Source: Heterodontus francisci (lineage: Eukaryota). Taken from it: a stretch of DNA of 64,000 nt. The notes beneath the pieces were generated by a model. The model was not told where the DNA came from and searched no databases. It saw only the letters and a program-made list of their open reading frames with translations. The stretch covers positions 255,810,434-255,874,433 of the forward strand of contig NC_090371.1 in the NCBI RefSeq assembly GCF_036365525.1, given 5' to 3'. Made by a program: the position numbers and the translations under genes. This document shows, piece after piece, positions 42,165-55,699 of this stretch (the stretch's first letter is position 1; each line of letters starts with the position of its first letter).

Positions 42165-43912
42165 CTTCAGCCAAAAGCCTTTATTTACATATCATGACTT
42201 CAGAGGTCACATGAGGACGGCAAGACAAACTGTACAAAGGTATTTGTCCAAACATCGCTCCTGTGCATAAAAGAAAAATTTGCATTTACATTGCAACTAA
42301 ATAAAAATCATAAAGGCCTGCACATTTACACATTGATAAAGCAGAAAACTTAATAAATTTGACAAAACTCACAAAGATGTACCAACAATTTCTGTCTTTA
42401 CTTAATTGTAAGTCTGTTCAGAACCTTAGGGAGCTCCCAACACACTCCAAAATGCATAGCCATCCAGTTAATACAGAACTCTAGAATATCCAACTCTGAG
42501 GCAAATCAACAGAGGCTCTGTCTGAAAACAAAGAGGTAAGGCAGTCTTATTAGCCTTTTAAATCAAATTCGATTTTCTTTCCTTGAGGAGTTGTTTTACA
42601 ATTCTAGCACTCAGCTCCTTCAAAGGCTTCTTTTAAAGCTTCTTCAGTTGTGTCAATAGAAAGGCCACAAACAAATAATATCTTTCTGGGACTATCACCA
42701 CTTCTGTGACCTTGATTGCTGAAATTCAACCTCACAGTTCTCCCATCGATTTCTGTATTGCGGTGATTCTCAAGAGCTTCTTTAGCATCTTCAATAGATT
42801 CAAATTTAACAAATGTAAATCCTTTTGGTCAGCCATTCCTTTCTGGTGTTTTGATCAATGATGCTTTTTCAAAAATACTCTGAAGGGTTTCTTCTGTGCA
42901 GAATATGCTGAGTTATTTACAATGAGTGTATCAGAATCCGGTTGTGCTTGTCTACCCTTTACATTTAACACACTCTTATCGCCAGTGAAATCAGTAATGA
43001 TGGCCTTGCCCTCAACGTCAGGGTTTTGTTTCTTTTCCAATGCAATATCTGCAGTTGCTTCATTTTCAAATTCAAGATGCACAATGCCCCGAGTCCCTGA
43101 ACCATCATGAGCAGCAGCAATTCTAAAATCAATAGCATCCTCAAAAATCTCTTTGAGGCCATCCTGAGTTATCTTGAAGATTTTTGGGAGATTTTTGACA
43201 AACAGTGTCCTGCAGTCCCTTTCTTTTTCACTGTCTTCATTGCTTTTCTTGCTGCGTGCATTGTCAAGTTTGACTGTTTTTTTTTCAGGTTTGCACTTGC
43301 TGCTGTTCAATATTCAGTGTATTTACACCTAATCTGTATTAATGCTTTGTCTTTCAACACACCATTAACATATTGTTTGCCTTTGCTCCGTGACCTTTTG
43401 GTCAGCTATGTGGCCTGGTCCAATCTAGACGTCCTTTGTTATCTCTTGCCCCACCCCCACCTCACTTGCTTACAACCTGTGACTTTTTAAATATTTGTCA
43501 GTTCCGATGAAGGGTCACGGACCCAAAACGTTAACTCTGCTTCTCTTTCCACAGATGCTGCCAGACCTGCTGAGTGGTTCCAGCATTTCTTGTTTTTATG
43601 TCAAGTTTGACTGGTTTGTTTCCATTGAATTCCAATGCCTTTTCCAGTTGTTCTTTGGTTTCATAGTCTATGTAATCGAATGTCCTCCTAGATCCAATAC
43701 AGACATCTGTGACTGAAAATTTCTTTTTGGTGAGGAAGCCATTCACGACTTTCTTTAGTTCTTCAAAAAGCTTTTCAGAGTTCAAATTTCCAACAAATAG
43801 CGAAAAGGATGCATGATTTTCATTCTTTCGCTTTCCAGCTTTCTTTAGCACAACTATCTCTTCTTCATCCTTTGCCTTTTTAGTCACAGTAGCTGCACGC
43901 TTGGGAATAGAT
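42165..43912 (-). pseudogene. NCL: Processed nucleolin pseudogene (RRM1-RRM3, partial RRM4, C-terminus, 3' UTR)
   Basis: FSLFVGNLNSEK; ERDCRTLFVKNLP...VHLEFENEATA; SDTLIVNNSAYSA; LFVCGLSIDTTEEALKEAF; C-terminal TPQGKKIEFD. No introns between RRMs; frameshifts present; minus-strand AATAAA at 42180-42185. Confidence 0.9.
43277..43598 (+). mobile_element. Penelope-end insertion in the nucleolin pseudogene, 15-bp TSD
   Basis: TGTCAAGTTTGACTG at 43262-43276 and 43599-43613; PLE end GATGCTGCCAGACCTGCTGAG; decayed hammerhead motif at 43501-43535. Confidence 0.88.
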
Positions 43913-45154
43913 TTCTCTTCTGGTGTGTGGAAGGTTACTAGTCCAAGCTTTTGATTTGTTTCAGTTGAGGGGAGTTTGCTTCGTGTCCACTATCTGGAAC
44001 TCACGTTCTTTTTTCTTCCCAGTGCATTGAACTCTCAGATTACTTTGTCCTCTTGGGGTGAGCATCGTTCTATCATACAGCCTCAGCTTTACCTTCGATG
44101 GCTTCATATTTGGGTCACCATCTTGTGCAATTTCACACAAGTCTGTGAAGCTCATTATGTTGCATGTAGAGCCAGTCTCTGTTTGACATCTCACATCATC
44201 TTGATGCCCTCCTTCTGTAGTCATCATTCCAACAGTCACAAACCACTTTCTACCTCGAAAGTGGTTGGCGCTAACATGTTCTACAGTGTAAAGTGATGCA
44301 TCAGAATCATCGTCTGACATCTCTCCAGCTATCATCTTTACAGGTTTGCTTTTCCTCTTTCTAGCAAAACACTTGTGTGAAAAGTGGTTCAGCTTCTTGC
44401 AGTTAGAGAATTGCTTTCTCCACATGCTTCCTCTTCTTTCTTGTAGTGTCCTCCACAGTATTTACATCCCATACTCTGGCCTTGACCTTTCTTCTGGCCC
44501 TTCAGAAAGTTGTCCTTCCTTTTCATCATTTACTTGGGTTTGGAAGAATTAGACTGTCTCTTAGCGTAGTACACAGCCTCATTGGTTCTCCCATCAATAC
44601 TCCTTCAGTTGCCCAAGCTCACAAGACTGAGCCAGATGTCTCAGTACAGTCACATACTGATCAATATTCTCCCTCTCTTCCTGAACTCTAGTGTTAAACA
44701 CATAGCATTCACAAATGACATTGGGACTTGAAGGCCTCCAAAATCTCTGAAGTCTTGCTTTGGTTTCTCCTCAGTGACATCTAGGGTGCAATACAGCTTG
44801 TAACACTCCTTCCCCATCAATGATAACAGAGTTGCTATTCTTATCTATTCAGGTTTCTTGTCCAACTCTTGTGGCAATCTCATCATTCTGCCACTGAGAC
44901 TGGAAGAATTGCCAATTCCCTCTCAAATCTCCCTCCATGTCCACAGGAACAGGCACTGGAAAATTCGAAGCCATAATGATTAACGCAGCTGCCGATGTCT
45001 TCTGCAAAGCTGCAGACAGGAGTTTTCATTAAAACCAAAACTTCCCTGCCGGAACTCCACGGGGCCTAATTGTTCTTTGATGTTTTGCACTTCTGCTGTC
45101 TGCCTTACAGCTATCAAAATCCTCTCAAATCCTGGCTACTCACTTCTGACACCA
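43913..45154 (-). mobile_element. Gypsy element 2: PBS, gag and protease
   Basis: PBS TGGTGTCAGAAGTG at 45141-45154; gag MASNFPVPVPVDMEGDLRGNWQFF from 44974; zinc-knuckle remnant SNCKKLNHFSHKC; protease CQTETGSTCNIMS...KLRLYDRT. Confidence 0.88.
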
Positions 45155-45156
45155 TG

Positions 45157-48101
45157 AGTGGAATTTAATGAGCCCCCCCGGAGACAGGCTAGGATGTGGG
45201 AGCCCATAGAATTGCGATGGAAGGCGGGGGTGGAAGGCCCATCATCTTCCCGTTGCACTGTGATTAATTGTGGGTGGGAAAGGCCGAAGATGGCCTTCCC
45301 ACACGGAAGCCAACCGATGCCCTTAAGTGGCTAAATCAGTAGCCACTTAAGGGTTTCTTCCCACCACCGCTGAAATTAAACCAGCAGCAGGGGTGGGGCC
45401 TCCGCCACGCGGGTAAGTCGCTCAGTGAAACAAGGCAGCCTCCCTGTGGGCTTTGGTGGGGGGGGCTTCCTCTGTAGGCAATCCATGGCAAAATAACACC
45501 CCCCTGCCCTCATCGCCCACCTTCCCTCCTCCCCAATTGCCGTGGCCTGCTGGACGGCCCCAAAGACTTTGCCTCACTTAACTCTGGGTCCGGACTCCTG
45601 TGCTAGGCCTGGTCTCAAGACTCCTGTAATACCAGCAGTGGCCACTACTCCCAGTGGAGATGCCGATACTACTGAGGGGATCCCCTGGACTTTAATAAAT
45701 TGGTTGTATCCCTATGGCAAGAGTGTATCCCGAACATCAGCAAAACAGAATTTCTGCATGTAGATTTCTCAGTCATTTGGAACAGAGACTCTTAAACATA
45801 GTTTCTGCATGTGTTGGGTACTCAGCTGACCAAACAAAATCTAGACAGCACCATTCTTTGGATACATTACAATGACCTAGCACTTTATAAGGGGAAATGG
45901 TCATGAGAGCACTCACTTCAGGGTAATCCAGCAGCCAAACAGCAGCTTGCCACTGTGGGAAGACACTGAGCTGATCTTGGCTGTTTGGGCTCCATAGCAT
46001 CGCTGGTGTCAGTGTTATGGAAGCCCGGAACTGCAAAAATGTCAGCCAGGCCATTTCTGGTGCAGCCTGCATGGTGTGCTATGGTTTTAAGGGCGTTAGT
46101 GCAGGAGTGCTGTGCGTATGCAGAGGCATACAGAGTGGGCAGATTGTGATATCAAACATCACCCATCGATGATTTGGCACATGAACTGCTATTTTGGACC
46201 TCGCAGGTCCAATTAAGTCTCTCTTTTAATCACTCACAACTGAACAAGCATTCAACTGCATGAGGACACCCGCCTCCTCCCCCCCCCCCCCACAACTAGC
46301 GCTATTTAAAGGGATCACCACAGGGCTTATAGTTGAGGTGCTTTTGACTTCCTTTTGCTACTGCAGTGTGATTGAAGGTAATCTGTTAATGGAGGAGTTT
46401 GGAAAAGTTTTTGGATTCACAAGGGTGTGTTGATAGACTTTGACAGGGTGATCAGAGGAGTTGGAAGGCCTGTCAGGAGAAAGCCTGCTTTCAGTAATGT
46501 GGCCTATATTCGCATTCCCTCTTGGGCTACAACATTACAGGGACATGGAGCTTGGCAACAGAGAGGGAACGCTGTGTGCAGCGGGAGGAGGAGGAGGGTT
46601 CTCAACAGAAGGCCGTACCCACCAAGGGTCTTCAGAGAACACTTCTCCTACCTCCACCTCAGCTAGGAGCAATGTCTGAGGCCTTGCAAGATGTCCTCAA
46701 GCAGCTCTGGGCCTTGAGGGTTTGGCTTCAGACTGCACCATCTCTGCATGGGTGGCAGCAGTCTGGACTGGCTGGCTGAAAGGACACTGGCAAATGGCAG
46801 TGGTGAGAGCACGAATGGTGTCATCCTGAGAGAAGTCAACAGGTTTGTGCACTATAGAGCCACTGCAACTTCCCCAGGGCAGTGCCCAGCAATCCTAGTA
46901 ATCTGTTGGAGCACAGATTGCTGGACTTCTGTGACAGCCTGCACGCCCCTTTGAGCATTGAGATCCGCAGCCATGATGGTAGCAGTCTGAGCCTGCATGA
47001 CACCAAGCTGGAATTGCTTGGCAACAAGCATGGATCTCATGACCTCAGTCTGAACTTCCAATACAGCACTGAGATATTGGGTGGCTTCTGCCTGTGCTGC
47101 AATGAAAACTGAGACATCAGCTGCAACACGCTGGGTCCACGAGTGCTGTCATGGAGTTCGCTACCACGTTCGCACTGGAAAGGAGAGGCTCCAAGGCCTG
47201 TGTGAAGCCCTGTGTGAAGTTGGAACCAGACAGCTCCATGCTCCTTGAAAGTGACAACAGGCTCTGTGGTAGGCCTGCCAATGCATAAAGCATCTCTGTA
47301 TGCATGCCCATCAGTGTTCTCCTGTACGCTGCCCCAATGAGGTCCTCTGCAGCAGAACACATCTGCAACCTGGGCCTCTGGTGAGCTGTCACACACGCTA
47401 CCTTTTCCCCCTGCCCTGGTTGCAGCCCACTTGCAGAAGGTGGCTTACCATGCGCTGTTCCCAAGTCTGTACTACTATCTAACTATGTATAGTGTGTATT
47501 GGGACTGTGATGCATTGAGCAGTGTGCGACCGTTGGGTTGGAGATGTAATCTGAAGATGCATTCATTGAACTTTTTACAACACTGCAGCCTGATCCTCAG
47601 GGTCAGACTCTGGGAATTTACCTTCCTGGCCACCCGCATCCATTCTCTTCACAGGGCATGCCTTGAGAGCCTCCTGACCCTCTGCGGAATCATGGCCTAT
47701 CCCCTCCTTTGGACCTCCTGGACTAAAGTCTCCAGCACTGCATCTTTGGGGACTGTCTCTCTGTCCTGTTGCTCCATGACCAGTTTTCATCGTTCCAGCA
47801 AAGCCTTTCTGAAACTGTTCCATCAACTACTGTAGCATAAGTGAACTTTCCCTTTAAGAGGGGCTGGCTGCCTTTAAGAAGTGTAAGCTAGCTATACATT
47901 GAGCTAGCCACGCACACATCTGGGACGCCTGTTGGATGTGCAGCCAGTCAGCAGAGAGTTTCATGCTGGGCTGTATGCTGCAGTCATGTTCATGAGCACG
48001 CAGCATGAAGTTTGTGTGCTGTTTTCTTCAACTGGACCAGGCTCTGGGGAATTGTGCATCATGATGTCCGCGTCCGCCAATGGGCCTATTTAAATTTCCC
48101 C
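45157..48101. mobile_element. Internally deleted Harbinger transposon(s): transposase N-terminus (+) and Myb/SANT gene (-)
   Basis: Plus strand RRRRVLNRRPYPPRVFREHFSYLHLS (46585-46670); minus strand DAVLETLVQEVQRR...EWMRVARKVNSQS...QCCKKFNE (47560-47750); TIR-like ends GTGGAATTTA / TAAATTTCCCCC. Confidence 0.75.
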
Positions 48102-48990
48102 CCTTATTTCTTGCAGCATGTGTTACATCTTTCAGTTTTCCTTAATGTGAGCCATCTATCTGATTACTTTTGCTGTGTCGATCTTTGTCCTCAGTCTAAA
48201 AGAAATGTGTGTGTGTGTTTGTCTTAGTAAAGTTCATGCCCAGGGCTACTTTTACGTGTGATACAATTAGCTCTTTTTTTATGTGAATATACAGATATGA
48301 AGACAGGAAAGAGTAATAAATAATATGGCAAATGGAAGGCAAGTAAATAAAAGGAAAAAAAAGGTGACGGTCTTCAGTTTTCCTTTTGTTATATTGTAGA
48401 TCAAACTATTGAGTGGACTTCTGTGGACCTATTTTGAGAATAAATGTAAACCTTCACTGTGTATTTTATAAATTTGTTTTTCTGAATACTGACAAACCCC
48501 TTTGACGAATAATATCCAGCTTTTTGCAATTTCATCAAATCATACCTTGTAACCGTACTGAATGGAACTCTTCAGTTTTTGATCCAATACGGTGATTGCA
48601 AAAAGTCAATACTTTTGTGATTGCTTTATTTCATTCTTAAGGTAACACCATTTGAAAATTGTACTTACATAAGACTAGCAATAAATAATTGAAAGGATTC
48701 ACGAAACTCAACATATTCCAGGAATGCAGGAGACTGATGAATATTTAGCTATCTTCAGATTATTTCCAATGAATCAAAATTACAAGTAATTATTTAGAAT
48801 AAACTGTCGAACAGAAGATACAATAAAAGTTTCTAATGGTTCTTTTTTATTACATAACTCCATAATAAAGAAATCATAACTACAATACCAGAGATTTGAT
48901 AGCTATTTTCTCAATCTCCTGCCTTAAGTTAAATCCCCAGAGAAATGGCATTAAAGTGCATTTTCAGCCATTTGAATTGTTTCTGTAGGC

Positions 48991-50140
48991 TGTCACAAAA
49001 GTTATCTGTGTGCCTTTAAGACTGAGAAAAAGGATTTCTCTGAGAACAGTGAATGCTGAACTGGGTGAGGCAATCAGTTTTTCCAAGCTTCTCAACAGAG
49101 CGAAGTGTCACATGATTGGCTGCTGGGGAGTTTTTAGCTTCGCTTTTGCAAGAGGAGGCCAGTTTTGGCTGGAACCTGTTTGGAGACCAGAGAAAGCAAT
49201 CTCTCTCTGAAGGAATGTAAAAGACCAGTTTGCTGTTATAAACTGGGTAAGAACACAGCCCAGAAACCTTTTCTGTTGAGGAATAATTCCTGTATTAAGT
49301 GAAATTCAAATTTCTTCATGAAGTTAAAAGAACTTTGAAAAAGTTGCAAATTTAAGGTATGGGAGCTGAAACCCTTGTTGCTGTTTATGTCTGAAGAAAG
49401 AGAAAAGACCCAGGAAGAGGAGTTGTAACACCCTGTGGAGAATCACTGTTTTGGAGAAAGGCTCCTTTGTTGATAGGAAGCCTTGCATGATTAAGGGTGG
49501 AAAGATTCCTGTTGTCTCCAGTCTCTGGAAACTCTCTGCCTCAAAAGTGAGTCTGGTTGTCTTTTTGTGTGTTTGAAAGATCCTGAAATCTCAGGAAAGT
49601 TTCTGCTGTTGGACTGCTACTTAGAAATCCAAGTAGACCTGTTGCTGCATCCTTTTGGTGTGAGATCTGTATGATGCCTACAGCAGACAAATTGCCTTGA
49701 ATGCCTACCCACCACAGATGGTTCATTGATTTCACCTGGAGACTTCAAGTGTCATCTGACTATTTGACTCTGGGACACCTCACCAGAAGTTACAACCCCG
49801 TTAGTTCCTAAGAAACCTTTGCAACTTAAACCAATATTTTAAAACCAGTTAACCATTGGGTTTTGGAATGGATGTGTGTGCATGAGGGTTAGGAAGAATA
49901 AGAAGTTATAAAAATCTATTCATACATATCGATTTATCTCGTTATCGTTTAAAATTGGTTTATTAATAAATAGTTAATTTGTTGTTTAAAGAAACTCGGT
50001 TTGGTATGCTTTATTCTGGGGAATAAATATGGTATTTAATTTGGCTAATTTCCAGTAAGTGGGAAACTTTACTAATAGGTTGTGACCTGTGGAGTAGTGG
50101 AACTGAATTAACAGTGCATTACCCGACCTTGGTTGTAACA
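48991..50140 (+). mobile_element. Probable solo LTR (~1.15 kb)
   Basis: TGTCAC...GTAACA termini; internal AATAAA; no coding content; TSD imperfect. Confidence 0.55.
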
Positions 50141-51039
50141 AGCAGTTCTACTGATGTCCTGCCAAAGTTATGGCAGAGATTAGATGAAGTTTTGCAGAAT
50201 TTCAGGGCCATTGGCCTGGATTTTCATCAACAATCCTTCCTCAATTTGGCTTGGATAATGGCTAAAACAGCAAGGTAAACCAGCAGTGAGGTCGATAACT
50301 GCTTCCTTGCTGTGACCTTAATTTCTCTCCTCCCATCCCTGCCAGGACTGCTGCACGCCATTCTACCCTGCCTGCCACATGCAAGTACTGGCAAAAATGT
50401 AGAGCCCAGGTTTCCATCCCATTTGCTTGCTGTCTGTTCCTCTTGCTAGCACTCCCCAGACCTGCCAGGTGAAGCCTGTAGTCATGCAGGACGGCTTTGA
50501 AGTCCCTTGATAGAGGGAGAGGGCATAGTAGCAGCCTTCACAGGCCCAGTCCCTTACATACTGAAGGCTTTCATTAGAAAAAAATTTTGATGTCTTTGAG
50601 GCTTTGCTGCTACTCTACATGGCCTCCCATATCTTCTTATGCTGTTGCGGTGGTCTTGTTGCAGTACTGCCATGTTTCCCCTTGTTAACAGCAGCAGACT
50701 CCTTCTTAGTGACAGGATTCCTGCAGGGCACCCGCCGTGGGCTAAATGAGCCCCAATCCAGAAAAATAGGTCAGGGTCATGGACAAGTTGGAGCAGAAAG
50801 TAGAAATCCTCACCTGATTCTGTAGGAATGGTATTAGGAAAATATAGCCTATTAACCAAGAATGCCCTGCGTATAAATGAAGAGGTCTGAGAAGCCCCAG
50901 ATATTGGGCCTCAAACCTCATTCAAATAATGAGGAAGCACTGCAGGAGAAGCCCAAGAAGGTGAGTGGAGAAAGATCTAACTGATAGAACCCCTCCATCC
51001 CTGAAAATGAGGCTGGCAGATACAACCCCAATTCAGGTG

Positions 51040-52325
51040 TGAGCCAATTGGACAAATGCAGGTTAATTAAAGAAAGCCAGCATGGACTTCTTAAGGGAAA
51101 ATCATGTTTAACTAATTTGCTGGAGTTTTTTGAAGAGGTAACAGAGAGGATTGATGAGGGCAATAAAGTTGATGTGGTGTACATGGACTTCTGAAAGACG
51201 CTTGATACAGTGCCATACAACAGGCTTGTGAGCAAAGTTATAGCTCATGGAATAAAAGGGACGGCAGCAACATGGATATGGAATTGGCTGAGTAACAGGA
51301 AACAAAGAGTAGTGGTTAATGGAGTGAAATTCCCCAGGGGGTCAGTGTTGGACACCTTGCTTTTCCTGATATATGTTAATGACCTAGACCTTGGTATACA
51401 GTTCACAATTTCAAAGTTTATGGATGATACAAAACTTAGAAGCATTGTGAATTGTGAGGAGGATAGTGGAGAACTTCAAAAGGACATAGACAAGTTGGTG
51501 GAATGGACGGACTGATGGCAAATGAAGTTCAATGCAGGGACCTGTGAAGTGATTCATTTTGGTAGGAAGAACATGGAGAGATAACAGAAAATAAAGTGTA
51601 AATTCTAAAGGGGCTGCAGGAGCAGAGGGACCTAGGTGTATATATGTATAATTCATTGAAGGTGGCAGGACAGGTTGAGAGAGTGGTTAGTAAAGCATAC
51701 AGTATCCTGGGCTTTATTAATAGGAGCATAGAGTACAACAGCAAGGAAATTATGTTGAACTTGTATAAGACACTAGTTCAGCCTCAGCTGGGGTATTGCG
51801 TCCAGTTCTGGGCACCACACTTTAGGAAGGATATGAAGGCATTAGAGAGGGTGCAGAAAAGATTCACAAAAATGGTTCCAGAGACGAGGAACTTCAGTTA
51901 TGAAGATAGATTGGAGAAGTTAGGACAGTTTTCCTTAGAGAAGGCTGAGAGGAAATTTGATAGAGGCATTCAAAATAATGAGGGACTGGACAGAGTAGAT
52001 AGGGAGAAACTGTTCCCACTCATGAAAGGATCGAGAACAAGAGGGCACAGATTTAAAGTAATTGGTGAAAGAAGCAAAAGCGACATGAAGAAAAGCTTTT
52101 TCATGCAGCAAGTGGTAATGCACTGCCTGAGAGGGTGGTGGAGGCAGGTTCAATTGAAGCATTCAAAAGGGAATTAGACTGTTATCTGAAAAGGAAGAAT
52201 GTGCAGGGTTATGGGGAGAAGGCAGGGGAATGGCACTAGGTAAATTGATCATTTGGAGACCCAGTGCAGACATGATGGGCCGAATGGCCTCCTTCTGCAT
52301 TGTAACAATTCTGTGATTCTGTGAA
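51040..52325 (+). mobile_element. CR1 LINE 3' part
   Basis: PRGSVLDTLLFLIYVNDL, FMDDTK and YCVQFWAPHFRKD; (ATTCTGTG)n tail. Confidence 0.9.
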
Positions 52326-53119
52326 TTTCTAGGTTAGAAAGTATTAAATACAAGGCTACAGATGGAAAATTATATGAAAGGAATAAATATGATCCTGTGT
52401 TTAATATTTAAGGACTGTTGTGTTCAGAAAGCTACATTTTCTCATGCTCAGTGTAAGGACTGCAGCCAAAAGACCATACTCCCAAGGAACTAAAATGTCC
52501 ATATATGGGTGAAGTAATTTGGGAATGAGAATTGCAGGGTGAACTTTGAACCTTATTAATAATGAAGTGTACCTTGGGAGTACAATGAGTTTCCACTTTA
52601 ATCTTCTGATCTCTCTAACCGATGGACAAGCAACAGTCCAGCAGACTGCACAGGGTCAGTTTTAACTTAAGGCATGTTTGGAGTTAGCAGGGCAATCCTC
52701 ATGCAAAATTGAGTATGAGGTCCAGGCCATTTTAACTCCCAGCCCCCCATTAGCATTTGGCAGAGTTGTCTCCCATCCAAACTGGTGGGAACAACATCAG
52801 TGTCAGTGTGTGGGTGCAGGAAATCAGACAGGAGTCTGAGGTCTTCAGGGAACTAAGGGAATAGTCCCCAGCATAAAATTAGTGCTGGGAGGGCGGGGGG
52901 AGGGGGTGGGTTTGTAGAGATGCCAACATTAGAATGAAGAGGCAAGATTGCAGTAGGAGAGGGCCAATGATTCCTTTTGGAGCTCAGGTGAGTGCTCGTA
53001 CTCCACCTGGACCAGAAGGAATCCTTGGAAATGTTAAATAAAAATACTTACCTTTGGCTCTTTTTGTCACTCTGCTGACTCCCAACATGGACTAGCTGTC
53101 AGGTTTGGCCTGTTAGGGC

Positions 53120-54555
53120 ACCTGAAAGGTAGCAAATGTAACCCCACTATTTAAGAAAGAAGGGAGAGAGAAAACAGGGAACTACAGACCTGTTAGCCTG
53201 ACATCAGTAGTAGGGAAAATGCTAGAATCTATTAGAAAGGGTGTGATAACTGGACACTTAGAAAATAATGGTAGGATTGTGCAGAGTCAACATGGATTTA
53301 TGAAAGGGAAATTATGTTTAACAAACTGATAGAGTTTTTTCAGGACGTAACTAGCAGAATAGATAAGGGGGAACCAGTGGATGTGGTGCATTTGGATTTT
53401 TAGAAGGCTTTCGATAAGGTCTCACAAGGGTGGTTAGTAAGCAAAATTAGAACACAGGGAATTGAGGGTAATATACTGGTATGTATTGAGAATTGGTTAA
53501 TGGACAGAAAACAGAGATTAAGAATAAACGGGTCATTCTCAGGATGGCAGTCTGTGACTAGTGGGTACCGCAAGGGTCAGATCCTGGGTCCCAGCTATTC
53601 ACAATCTATATCAATGATTTGGATGTGGCGACTAAATGTAATATTCCCAAGTTTTCTGATGACACAGAAATAGGTGGGAATGTGAGTTGTGAGGAGGATG
53701 CAAAGAGGCTTCAAGGGGCTTTAGACAGGATAAGTGAGTGGGCAAGAACACGGCAGATGGAGTATAATGTGGAAAACTGTGAAGTTATCCACTTTGGTAG
53801 GAAAAATAGAAATGCAGAGTATTTCTTAAATGGTGAGAGATTGGGAAGTGTTGATGTTCAAAGGGACCTGGGTGTTCTTGTCCATAAGACACTGAAAGCT
53901 AACATGCAGGTGCAGCAAGCAGTTAGGAAGGCAAATGGCATGTTGGCCTTCATTGCAAGAGGATTTGAATACAGGAGTAAAGAAGTCTTGCTGCAATTGT
54001 ATAGAGCCTGGTATATTGCATAGTTTTGGTCTCCTTACCTAAGGAAGGATATACTTGCCATAGAGGAAGTGAAATGAAGGTTCTCCAGACTAATCCCTGG
54101 GATGATGGGATTGTCCTATGAGGAGAGATCGAGGAGACTGGGCCTGTATTCTCTAGAGTTTAGAAAAATGAGAGGTGACCTCATTGAAGCATATAATCTT
54201 TCTTACAGGCTCGAATGATGCAGGAAGGATGTTTTCCCTGGCTGGGAGATATAGAACCAGGGTACACAGTCTCAGAATAAGAGATAGGCACTTTAGGACT
54301 GAGATGAGGAGGAATTTCCTCACTCAAAGGGTTGATATGAATTCTCTACCCCAGAGGGCTGTGGAGTCATTGAGTAGGTTCAAGACAAAGATCAATAGAT
54401 TTCTAGATATTAAAAATATCAAGGGATATGGGGTTAGTGCAGGGAAATGGCATTGAGGTAGAAAATGAGCCATGATCTAGTTGAATGGTGGAGCAGGCTT
54501 GAGAGGCCGAATGGCCTACTCCTGCTCCTATTTCCTATGTTCCTATGTCCTATGA
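53120..54555 (+). mobile_element. CR1 LINE 3' part
   Basis: FSDDTEIGGNVSCEEDAKRLQG...; (TTCCTATG)n tail. Confidence 0.9.
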
Positions 54556-55354
54556 TTCCCTGAGTTAAAGTTGGCAGAGGGGGTGGGGGGAGGGGAGGGA
54601 AGTGAGGGGGCTAGTGGTGCAGTAATGTATTTGGAAAAAGGCACAATCCCCACCCACCCTTTTTGCAGCTACCTACCCCATTCGCGCTGGGTGAGCTGGG
54701 TGAAAATCAACAATCGACCTCTACATTTCAGGTACGGGAAAACAGTACAAAATGTGCATTCTATGTACACACAGGCAGGCTGCATACAACAAGGGGTAAT
54801 CAAATTTTCAAATGACCTCAATCTGGCCAGTTACCAAAATTCTGCTAAAAATATAAAGAAGGCTGATTTTGTCGAGGTGTGAGCAGCTGCTGAATGCAAC
54901 ACTAGTGTTACGCAGCACAAGTGTATTCATCAGGCAGGGCTGGAAAAGTGCATCAATTTCTGACCCCTGTAATTAGCATGAACTGGACGTGGCCTGTGTG
55001 AGTGTAGAATGAACCCATTAGCTACACCTTCAGTAACCCAAGCTTTTCAATTCTGTGTTACTTTTACAGTTTTGTGTTCACTGCCTATTTTTGGCCTCCA
55101 TTCATTAACAGTGTAATATTTTATGTGCTGATTATGGAATAGAAAGCTGATTTCCTGGCTCTGGAATTGTAACAGCTCCTGTTACAGTAGAGGAATTGTT
55201 TGTCACGGTAACAGTCTTGTGCCAAGTTCTGCAGTCAAATCTGGATGAAACAGTGTCTTTGAGACTGAAAGTATGAAATTTTGCTGTAGGTTACAGATCA
55301 CAGGAGAGAAATCCTTTTCCTTTATCACTGTCAAAAACTTCCCAAGGCACTGGC

Positions 55355-55665
55355 TAGAAGAAGTTTACAGCGCAGAAAGAGGCCACTTGACCCATCGTGT
55401 CTGCGCTGGCTGAGAAAGAAGAGCCACCCAGCCTAATCCCACTTTCCAGCATTTAGTCTGTAGCATTGCGGGCTACGGCACTTCATGTGCACATCCAGAC
55501 ACCTTTTAAATGAGATGAGAGTTTATGCCTCTACCACCCTTTCAGGCAGTGAGTTCCAGACCCCCACCATCCTCTGGGTGAAAAAAGTTCTCCTCATCTC
55601 ACCTCTAATCCTTCTACCAATCATTTTAAATCTATTTCCCCTAGTCACTGAGCCCTCTACTAAGG
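55355..55665 (-). mobile_element. CR1 LINE 3' tail
   Basis: ACAGCGCAGAAAGAGGCCAC...GAGTTCCAGACCCCCACCATCCTCTGGGTGAAAAAAG pattern. Confidence 0.75.
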
Positions 55666-55699
55666 TAATAGAATCACAGAATGTCCAGGAATTGAAGGT

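Noticed and set aside
37408-45154. A single Gypsy element spanning both fragments
   Set aside because: Both fragments contain their own, dissimilar protease C-termini, so they are two elements.
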